Below are positions 1-7,837 of a stretch of 64,000 nucleotides of DNA, in pieces. This DNA comes from a virus. A model generated the notes under the pieces. That model was given only the letters and a program-made list of their open reading frames with translations, ran no database searches and was not told the DNA's origin. The stretch's first letter is position 1, and the number at the start of each line of letters is the position of its first letter. The stretch is from the IMG/VR virus record IMGVR_UViG_3300032242_003075, positions 25,883 through 89,882 of that record; one strand, given 5' to 3'. The translations under genes and the position numbers were made by a program.

Positions 1-2
1 AA

Positions 3-395
3 ACTGGAACAATTAAGATAGCCGGTCATAACGTTAAGAGATTCGACGTTCCGTTCCTATGTAAAAGAGCATTCATTCATGGAATTAAACCATCAGGAGT
101 TCTTCAAACTTGGGATAAGAAACCTTGGGAAACTGCAATAATTGATACATCAGAGCTTTGGTCTTTCGGTGCATGGCAAGAAGGTTTTACTTCCCTTGAT
201 CTACTAGCGACCGTCCTAGGCATAGATTCACCAAAGGACGATATTGATGGGTCAGAAGTTCATTCAAATTACTACCGAGGAAATATCGCTAGGATTTCAG
301 AGTACTGTCAAAAGGATGTGGTGACTCTAATTCAAGTTGCTTTAAAATTATCTGGCTTAAACCAAATTGAGCAGTCCAGTATAATAATAAAGTAA
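3..395 (+). CDS. 3'-5' exonuclease, PolB-exonuclease-related (5'-truncated by window edge)
   Basis: My translation of frame 3 (not in the ORF track): ...IAGHNVKRFDVPFL...KPWE..IIDT.ELW.FG...SLDLLATVLGIDSPKDDIDGSEV...YCQKDV. These are DEDD ExoII/ExoIII-type motifs. Stop TAA at 393-395. Confidence 0.8.
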   Translation, partial: TGTIKIAGHNVKRFDVPFLCKRAFIHGIKPSGVLQTWDKKPWETAIIDTSELWSFGAWQEGFTSLDLLATVLGIDSPKDDIDGSEVHSNYYRGNIARISEYCQKDVVTLIQVALKLSGLNQIEQSSIIIK

Positions 396-414
396 GAAAA
401 AACAAAATTAATAA

Positions 415-1983
415 GTGAAACAAACAAAATTTAAAGCTGAAGCTCGTCAGGAGTTAGCTAAGGGTATTAATGCACTGGCGGATGCAGTAAAAATAACTTT
501 AGGCCCAAGAGGTCGAAACGTTATCATTTCTAGGGACAATTCAGTTGCCATAACCAAGGACGGAGTTACTGTTGCTCGTGAGGTTCACCTTGAAAATTTC
601 TTAGAGGACGTTGGTGCTCAGGTAATAAAACAGGTTGCAAATAAAGTTGCATTGGAAGCAGGGGACGGTACAACAACAGCAACCGTACTAGCTCATGCAA
701 TCTTCACTGAGGGTAACCGTTACGTTGAGACGGGCTCTCATCCGATGGACCTTAAAAAGGGAATCGAAATAGGCATGAAAGCTATCGTTAACCATCTTAA
801 GGGTCAAAGCCAACAAACTACAGATCTTAATAAGATTAAACAGGTCGCAACCATATCCGCAAATAACGATGAAGAAATAGGCACAATCATTGCTTCTGCC
901 ATGGAATCTGTAGGTTTTGATGGAATCATCACAGCCGGCGAAAGTAAAACAAGCGAGACCTTCGTTGAGGTGGTTAAGGGAATGCAAATTCAAAGCGGAT
1001 ACGTATCACCGTACTTCATTACTGACACGGAAACTAATTCCGTTGAATTTACAAAACCGATCGTTATGTTGTACGATGGTAAGATCAAAAATCTTACGGA
1101 CATTCTTCAGTTCTTAGAATATTCAAATAAACAAAAGCAACCTCTATTAATAATAAGCGATGGTGTTGACGGAGAAGCGCTAAGCACTCTACTTGTTAAT
1201 AAATTACAGGGAATTCTTAAAGTTGCCGCGGTTAGAGCTCCAGGCTTTGGAGAAAACCGTAGATCAAGGTTGCTTGACATTGCCACATTAACCGGTGCGA
1301 CTCTAATTTCAGAAATGGACGGAGTCACCATTAAGGAGGTAATCGCTGCAAACTATGTGGGATCATGTGATTCAATCTCAGTTACCAATGATTCAACCAC
1401 AATAATTGGAGGTCATGGATTTCCGGATGAAATCACGGATTTAATAAATGACATTAAGTCTCAAATTGAAGCGACCGATAATGAGTCCAGTAAGATTTTA
1501 CTAAGGGAACGTCTTTCTAAATTTGAAGGTGGAGTCGCCATCATTAAAATAGGTGCAAATTCCGAAATTGAAGCTCGTGAAAAGGCCGATAGAATTGACG
1601 ATGCTCTTGGAGCAACTAGAGCTGCCGTTGCTGAGGGAATCGTTGAGGGAGGCGGTATTGCCCTAATGAGAGCGGTTAGCGAAATTCAGGTAACTTCTCC
1701 AATTAGAGATATTCAGTTGGGAATTGACCTAATTAAAAAGGCTTGCACCCAACCGTTTAAAACCATTTTAGAAAATGCAGGTATCAATCCGGAGATCGTT
1801 TGGACTAAGATCCAAGATGGTGCTCCAGGTTTTAACGCTAAGACCGAAGAGTACGTTAATATGATTGAGTCAGGTATAATTGACCCGGTTAAAGTTACCA
1901 GAACTGCATTGGAAAACGCAGTTTCAATCGCAAGTTTACTAATAACGACCGACTGTTTAATGGTTCAAAAACCAAAGGAATAA
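415..1983 (+). CDS. groEL: Chaperonin GroEL (phage-encoded)
   Basis: TLGPRGRNV, ITKDGVTVA, GDGTTTATVLA, APGFG, GGG.AL and GIIDP.KV motifs; lacks the C-terminal GGM tail. Confidence 0.97.
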   Translation: MKQTKFKAEARQELAKGINALADAVKITLGPRGRNVIISRDNSVAITKDGVTVAREVHLENFLEDVGAQVIKQVANKVALEAGDGTTTATVLAHAIFTEGNRYVETGSHPMDLKKGIEIGMKAIVNHLKGQSQQTTDLNKIKQVATISANNDEEIGTIIASAMESVGFDGIITAGESKTSETFVEVVKGMQIQSGYVSPYFITDTETNSVEFTKPIVMLYDGKIKNLTDILQFLEYSNKQKQPLLIISDGVDGEALSTLLVNKLQGILKVAAVRAPGFGENRRSRLLDIATLTGATLISEMDGVTIKEVIAANYVGSCDSISVTNDSTTIIGGHGFPDEITDLINDIKSQIEATDNESSKILLRERLSKFEGGVAIIKIGANSEIEAREKADRIDDALGATRAAVAEGIVEGGGIALMRAVSEIQVTSPIRDIQLGIDLIKKACTQPFKTILENAGINPEIVWTKIQDGAPGFNAKTEEYVNMIESGIIDPVKVTRTALENAVSIASLLITTDCLMVQKPKE

Positions 1984-2019
1984 TCCACATCAGCATACAA
2001 AAAACTATTAGCCATCTGT

Positions 2020-2058
2020 GAGCATGCGCCTGTCGAGTAATACTCACGGGCGCTGTTC
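2020..2058. other. GC-rich imperfect hairpin downstream of groEL
   Basis: gagca-t-gcgcc-tgt-c-gagta / tactc-acg-ggcgc-tgttc; no U-tract. Confidence 0.5.
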
Positions 2059-2097
2059 TATTATAGAGAACCAATAGATAAAATAAAGAGTAAGTCA

Positions 2098-5000
2098 TTG
2101 CCGATTCAAAATTTTAAACAACTCATAAATGACATTAAGTGCGGTAAGCTAGCATCCCCCATTTTCACGGAAGCTGATTTAGCTGCAATTAAAGCCTGTT
2201 TACCGGCACCTCAAGACATTCCGACCTCAAACCCGTCGATTACCAACCCAGTCATTACGAGCTGCGTTAACGATGGAATCTCTGAGGTCCAAAAAATAGT
2301 TAGGCAACAGACGAATAGACAAGGTTTTGTGATCGAACTTGCCACCGTGAAAGCAAAGGTCCAAGAGGCCCTAGACCATTACTCGTTCATTTTAGAGTAC
2401 TTCAAAGAGAGGCTTAAATTCTTCAATGACACATTAACTAGAGTTGAACCGTTCACCTCGCAATACCTTTACTTTGGGGCTGAAGTTTCCAAATACGATA
2501 ATTTAATCAAGTCACAACTAGCCGTTCTTAGCAATTCAGGTTACGACATAACTGCTCTACAATCAATTAGCGATTCCTTAATACTAAAGTTAAGTGACGA
2601 TTTTAGTAATTCATCTAACGTTCTCAGTAATTTAACTATAACCTCACCTGTTAAGCAGTATCTAAGCTTAAGAAAACTAAAGATATCTGCTGACGGTTCT
2701 GCATTGATAGCAAAAAGGGGCGGGGCCTCCGCCCTAGCTAAAAAGATTGAATCCCTGACTCCTTTGCCTGAGCTAGCAATCGATGCTCAAGCCGAATTAG
2801 CTAAAATTTGCTCAAGTTACAGCAGTCAGTTGAATCCAATTTTTACATCATTGACTAATTTAGTGCCATCCGAAATTAAACCTCCGAATAGGACAGCTGC
2901 TTTTGGAATTAGAATAATAGGGCTTAATGGCTCAACAATATCAGTTTCTCACGTTGATGATCATGGTAAGTCAACTAATTCTGATAAGCAAATTAACGTG
3001 TTAACTAACGTTAACCTAACTAAAAATCCATTCAGAAAAACTTCTGGTGAGTACTGTTACGGCATTGACCCAATGTCCAAACCTTTAGAACTTTCCGATT
3101 ACGATAAGCTAGTTGGAGCTCTTTATAATAAGACCTCTTCAGGTTACGAAGGGCTTTATCGAAAATTGGCTAAACCTGTCCAATTTCTTTATTCACTTGA
3201 AGAAAGGGGACTAACAATTGATCCATCAAAGACCGATCCTATGCTTAACGGCATTAAGGATGCCCCGGTCTCAATCAAAATTGAAGATCAAACCCTATTC
3301 ATTAGCAATCAATCAACCTATGAGAAATTCTATGAAACCTTAACTTCGACACTACCGACCAAAATTAAAATTGAAAGGGCTAAAAATTTCCCAAAGGAAA
3401 TATCAACAACTCTTTCCAAACTTCGAGATTTTGCTCAAAGGGAAGTTGCTGATCAATTTAGGGGAATTACTAGCATTGGTTCAGGTCTTTCGGATAAGTT
3501 AGCCTACTATAAAAAAGCGCACGATGAACTTGTTGAAAAAATAGCGGATTGTAATTCTCAAATCGATCTGTTGGACACAGCAATTAATCAAAATTCAATG
3601 AGCCCCGACTCCTTAGCCAAGGACATTTCCGTAATACCCTGTTTTTCTAGTGTCTTTTCATCACCTCAACAGATTCAAAATTGTGAGGCCGAGACCATGA
3701 AGAAGTTAGGAACCGACCCACTTCTAATAAGAACCCTTTCTGGTAATGACGCTAATCTCCCCGACCTGAACACTCCATGTTACTGGAGAGAATTTTGCAA
3801 AGAGCTAAATAAGGTTTCTTTACTTCCTGTTCCCGACCTAACTTCTCCGCCGTTTAGGTATTATCCGGTGAATAACATAATACCGACTCCGGTTGGCGTG
3901 GTGCTAGTAACGCTACCTCAAAAATGGAAACCGTTATTCGTACTACCTTCGGCTCTTGGCACGTTAATCACCTTTTTGGTGATGCCGGTCGCAGTAGTCG
4001 GAATACCTTTACCTTCAATTTTCATGCTATACCTTTCGCCCGACGGTAGAAAGTACATGATATTTGCTCCAAACCTACCGGTTTTATATCCAAGTGCAAT
4101 TCAATACGGTTATGAATTCGATTCTAATGCAATAAATCCAACCGGGCTAAGCGGGCCGCATAAAGGTCTATTCACAAAAGGTTCATTAAGTTCACCCTTA
4201 TCGATTTCAGCCGCTTCGTCCAAGGCTTCCAGGCTTACTTCGATTGCCGCTGACTTGGCCCTAGGCAATAAATCCGTAATTAGATCAAAGGACGGAACTA
4301 AGATTGGCGAAATTGATTCAACCACGTATCTTGATAAGTACCTATCGACTTCTGAAAGGGCGAAAAACTCTGCCGATTTTGATCCAGCCAAGGATTTCGA
4401 TAAGACGCTAACAAAGTTTAGAAAGAACGTAAATAGGCAGTTCGATAAGCTAGGCGAAATGCAAATAACAGCTGTGTCCAAATTAAAGGATAAAACCAGA
4501 TCAGCTAGACACACTGGTGTGATGGATGCTGAAAATGAAAAAGATTCAAAAAACCGTAGAAATCTTAAAAATGCGGCCAGGAAAATTGATCCGATTGAAC
4601 TAGGCTCAAAGATCGATAGCATACTTTCCGACGTAAATTCGTACATTGATAAGATAAAATTAGGAACGATATACTTTCCTGAGGATCCCACTAAAATGAA
4701 TCCTAAATTACCTGGATCAATAAGCGGCTTAATTTCAACCCTTGAGCATGCATCCGTGGGTGGAATGATGAAACCTTCGGACTCAACTAACCTATTAAAA
4801 AAAATTAAACGATCGGCCGCCAGCATTGACCCTAATAAATTACCGGGAAAAAAGACGTTTAACTTAATCAACCCAGAAGACTTTAAAGATTTCAAGAAAG
4901 CACTAAGCGATTATTCAAGTAAAGCTCTTAAGTACCTATCGGGTGAAGAATCTCCAGCTGATGACATTGATCCGAACCTACCGGAGAAGGACCAAGCAAA

Positions 5001-6327
5001 GATAAAAAAGGCTGCAACTTTAAGAAAAAGTCGTCTCAAAACCGCCTTAGCCTTCACGACATTAGCGGTCGCGACTCCGTCTCTCAAACTATTTGATCCA
5101 GCTGCTCCATGTTGTGAAACCTCTCCAAACCTATTGGAAAACGCAATACCTCCTCAAGTCAAAGCCTCAATTGCAGTATTCACCGCTTTATTCGATGCAT
5201 TCATTAATGGATTAACGATAGACTCATTGCGATCAATCCTTGGCGAATCGGTTGGAACCGTTGGAATTTCCACAGTTTCGGTTATGTTCGATACGGTAGT
5301 TTCAATGTTTCCACCCATTACGTTACCTGAAAAGCCTGACCTAGTTTCAATATCTCAAGCTTTATTAATTCCAATATTAACTGCGATTAGCATTCCACAG
5401 GCTCCAAATCCTTTGGGAGTTCCTTTACCCATACAGATAGCAATTCCGTTGGACTCAATCGTGAAACCTCTGCTCAAAGCTGCGATCGCTTATCTAATTG
5501 AGCTAATTTTAAGAATGCTAGCCGATTCGGCTAATTTATTAAAGTCAGATTCAATTAGCGGATCATCGGTTACCGTTCAGCAAATAGTTCAGCAAATTCC
5601 ATGTGGAGGTTCACAAACTGCTACAGTAACAACGACTAACGTGTCAAATACTGTCTCAATAACTTTACCTAATGGAGTTAAGGTTGACCTTAAGAAAGTT
5701 CCGACCATTCCGTTAGACATCATTCAGTACTTTAGCCTACTAACCTCAACCGATTTAGTAACCTTAATCCGGAACCTAGTACTGGTTTCTATCGATTCAA
5801 TTCTAGTTCCTTTAAAAACAATAATCGAGCCGATACTCTCCGTTGCAACCAGCTTGAAGGATTTATCGTACAACATAATCGAGGCCAGCAATCCTTTCAT
5901 ATCAACCATTAAATTGATAAAAATGGCGATTGAATTACAGATCCCAAATTCATCAAAAATTCAAATTGCTAATTTCGATGCACTAAATGCGGTCAAAGCA
6001 GCCTATTTTCCTGTAATTGAGGCGACCGAGCCGGTGGTTTCTGAGATTGCATGGCTTGGTTCAATCGTTGCATGCGCAACTGGCCCAACTGGAATTACCT
6101 TAGCTAGAACTGCAGCAAATCCATTTTTAAACCAGGATGATCTTCCTCCTTGGGAAAGGCTTACTCGTAAAAATCCACTGTTTGCCATCTTTTTAGATGA
6201 AATTGCATGGAGAAGTAGCCTAGTTTCGACCGGGTCTCTACTTTTTCAAACAAAAATGCCAGGGCTTTACCCAACCGCTTGGAGCCCAACCATTTTCTCA
6301 GATCCTGGAGCATTATATCATAACTAA
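2098..6327 (+). CDS. Large hypothetical protein (1409 aa), possibly virion-associated; coiled-coil and Pro/hydrophobic segments
   Basis: Long ORF, TTG start, ATAAAATA upstream; no recognisable catalytic motif. Confidence 0.6.
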   Translation: MPIQNFKQLINDIKCGKLASPIFTEADLAAIKACLPAPQDIPTSNPSITNPVITSCVNDGISEVQKIVRQQTNRQGFVIELATVKAKVQEALDHYSFILEYFKERLKFFNDTLTRVEPFTSQYLYFGAEVSKYDNLIKSQLAVLSNSGYDITALQSISDSLILKLSDDFSNSSNVLSNLTITSPVKQYLSLRKLKISADGSALIAKRGGASALAKKIESLTPLPELAIDAQAELAKICSSYSSQLNPIFTSLTNLVPSEIKPPNRTAAFGIRIIGLNGSTISVSHVDDHGKSTNSDKQINVLTNVNLTKNPFRKTSGEYCYGIDPMSKPLELSDYDKLVGALYNKTSSGYEGLYRKLAKPVQFLYSLEERGLTIDPSKTDPMLNGIKDAPVSIKIEDQTLFISNQSTYEKFYETLTSTLPTKIKIERAKNFPKEISTTLSKLRDFAQREVADQFRGITSIGSGLSDKLAYYKKAHDELVEKIADCNSQIDLLDTAINQNSMSPDSLAKDISVIPCFSSVFSSPQQIQNCEAETMKKLGTDPLLIRTLSGNDANLPDLNTPCYWREFCKELNKVSLLPVPDLTSPPFRYYPVNNIIPTPVGVVLVTLPQKWKPLFVLPSALGTLITFLVMPVAVVGIPLPSIFMLYLSPDGRKYMIFAPNLPVLYPSAIQYGYEFDSNAINPTGLSGPHKGLFTKGSLSSPLSISAASSKASRLTSIAADLALGNKSVIRSKDGTKIGEIDSTTYLDKYLSTSERAKNSADFDPAKDFDKTLTKFRKNVNRQFDKLGEMQITAVSKLKDKTRSARHTGVMDAENEKDSKNRRNLKNAARKIDPIELGSKIDSILSDVNSYIDKIKLGTIYFPEDPTKMNPKLPGSISGLISTLEHASVGGMMKPSDSTNLLKKIKRSAASIDPNKLPGKKTFNLINPEDFKDFKKALSDYSSKALKYLSGEESPADDIDPNLPEKDQAKIKKAATLRKSRLKTALAFTTLAVATPSLKLFDPAAPCCETSPNLLENAIPPQVKASIAVFTALFDAFINGLTIDSLRSILGESVGTVGISTVSVMFDTVVSMFPPITLPEKPDLVSISQALLIPILTAISIPQAPNPLGVPLPIQIAIPLDSIVKPLLKAAIAYLIELILRMLADSANLLKSDSISGSSVTVQQIVQQIPCGGSQTATVTTTNVSNTVSITLPNGVKVDLKKVPTIPLDIIQYFSLLTSTDLVTLIRNLVLVSIDSILVPLKTIIEPILSVATSLKDLSYNIIEASNPFISTIKLIKMAIELQIPNSSKIQIANFDALNAVKAAYFPVIEATEPVVSEIAWLGSIVACATGPTGITLARTAANPFLNQDDLPPWERLTRKNPLFAIFLDEIAWRSSLVSTGSLLFQTKMPGLYPTAWSPTIFSDPGALYHN

Positions 6328-6330
6328 ATA

Positions 6331-6358
6331 AAAACTCTAATCAACTTCGGTGTATAAT
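6331..6358 (+). promoter_or_regulatory. Putative early/middle promoter AAAAC-N17-TATAAT
   Basis: Same bipartite motif and 17-18 nt spacing recurs before several replication genes. Confidence 0.55.
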
Positions 6359-6382
6359 TAGTTAGTCACTTAAATTAAAAAC

Positions 6383-7573
6383 ATGACCAACGAACTTAAT
6401 AACTCTGAAGAGATCACAAACCTCGAACATTTATTCAATCAAGGAAATAAGCGCCTAAATTCCAAGCTTAAATTAACTAGCGCTGATAAAAAAGCCGGTT
6501 TAAAAGTCTTTTGTACTGAACCTTACGCTCAAGACATGTACGACAAGTACTACTCAACAATGAGCTCATCATCCCCAGTCGCAAGCAAGGACTTTCAAAT
6601 TGGGCAGATATGCAAGGTAACGGTAAAAGGAATAAACTTTGACACCAAAATGATCGAAGTTCAGGATAACCTATCCCTATCCACCATTTTTGTTCCGTTT
6701 CGTGAATTTAGCGAAGAACCTGCTCTACTTATAAATAGTGAAGCTAACCAATCGTTTAAGGTCATGATTTATAAAACGGACGGTGGCGAATTCTTAGGTT
6801 CCGAGAGACGTTGCATTGCAATATCATATCGTGAAGATCTTGAAGAGTTCATGAAGACTGATAAGTGGTTCTACGTTAAAGTAATTAGCCTAGTTAAGGG
6901 CGGATACTTAGCGCTATACAAAGGCACAGTGAACTGCTTTTTACCTGGCTCTCATGCAGCAGCCAATGTCATTAGAGATTTTAATGAATACCTAAATAAG
7001 GAGATCCCGGTCATGATTGAGAACTTTGATTCTGTGAATAACTTGTTCATAGTTTCATATAAGAAGTACATCAAACAAACTCTACCTCAAAGAGTCCATG
7101 AACTTAAATTTGGTGAAAAATATACAGGTACTTTAACCAATAATCCATACGAATTTGGAATGTTCATTGAATTCCAAAATTATTTCACAGGTTTACTCCA
7201 TAAGACCGAGCTGTCTAATTACTCCGAAATGACTAGATCATACAGAGTTGGTAGTTCAATAGATTTCTACATCAAGGACATCGTAATGAAGAAGGGCGAA
7301 CCTAGGATCATCCTAACCGACTCTTATGATAAGATCAGCGATGAGACTCTTGCTTGGCAAGATTTAAAAAATCGAATAGACGGTAAAACTTTAGATTACA
7401 CCTTAGACAAGAGAGATTTTAACCTTGAGGTTGAGCTTCCGGATAATGGATCAATTTTCAGAACGGACGTAAATCACCTAAAAGGCAGAAGTAGAATTGC
7501 TGACTCCGGTAAAATAAAAATTCAAAGAGTTGACATGATTCGTAGACAATTAAAGTTTGAATTTGTTAACTAA
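6383..7573 (+). CDS. Ribosomal protein bS1-like multi-S1-domain RNA-binding protein
   Basis: S1/OB repeats: VKVISLVKGGYLA...CFLPGSH; GTLTNNPYEFGMFIEF..FTGLLHKTEL; plus degenerate N- and C-terminal repeats. Confidence 0.75.
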   Translation: MTNELNNSEEITNLEHLFNQGNKRLNSKLKLTSADKKAGLKVFCTEPYAQDMYDKYYSTMSSSSPVASKDFQIGQICKVTVKGINFDTKMIEVQDNLSLSTIFVPFREFSEEPALLINSEANQSFKVMIYKTDGGEFLGSERRCIAISYREDLEEFMKTDKWFYVKVISLVKGGYLALYKGTVNCFLPGSHAAANVIRDFNEYLNKEIPVMIENFDSVNNLFIVSYKKYIKQTLPQRVHELKFGEKYTGTLTNNPYEFGMFIEFQNYFTGLLHKTELSNYSEMTRSYRVGSSIDFYIKDIVMKKGEPRIILTDSYDKISDETLAWQDLKNRIDGKTLDYTLDKRDFNLEVELPDNGSIFRTDVNHLKGRSRIADSGKIKIQRVDMIRRQLKFEFVN

Positions 7574-7611
7574 TTAACGACTTCTTAATAGCCTGGAGAT
7601 AAATAATACAG

Positions 7612-7770
7612 ATGAAATGCTCTAACTTTAGATCAACTTTTTCTAGCAGTTCGCTGTACATTCGGTTAACAATTAGCAGTGTAATCACTCATCCATTAAC
7701 CTTAAACGCAACTCCAATTATTGAGAATTTCATCAACCTTTATAAAGACTTAAATTTTATAAGAACTTAA
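7612..7770 (+). CDS. Possible 52-aa leader peptide upstream of nrdJ
   Basis: ATG 7612 to TAA 7770 (MKCSNFRSTFSSSS...), preceded by GATAAATA at 7598-7605 and followed directly by a strong hairpin. Confidence 0.3.
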   Translation: MKCSNFRSTFSSSSLYIRLTISSVITHPLTLNATPIIENFINLYKDLNFIRT

Positions 7771-7774
7771 ACGA

Positions 7775-7815
7775 CGCTACCCTAGTCAATAACTAGGGTA
7801 GCGCTGTCTTTGTTT
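7775..7815 (+). terminator. Hairpin/terminator-like element in the nrdJ leader
   Basis: Perfect 12-bp stem cgctaccctagt-caata-actagggtagcg followed by ctgtctttgttt. Confidence 0.55.
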
Positions 7816-7837
7816 AACTGATTCACAAAATAACAAA

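Noticed and set aside
396-414. CIRCE/HrcA operator for groEL or groES
   Set aside because: No TTAGCACTC-N9-GAGTGCTAA near groEL, groES or the dnaJ-like gene
4110-4895. 261-aa antisense ORF and the other antisense ORFs in the track (e.g. 45488-45907, 51243-51785, 62107-62652)
   Set aside because: They lie fully opposite well-supported genes, have Ser/Leu/Phe-rich shadow composition and show no motifs
7574-7837. Cobalamin riboswitch upstream of nrdJ
   Set aside because: No B12-box or conserved GGGAA/GCCACUG-type elements recognisable; the region is AT-rich with a single hairpin
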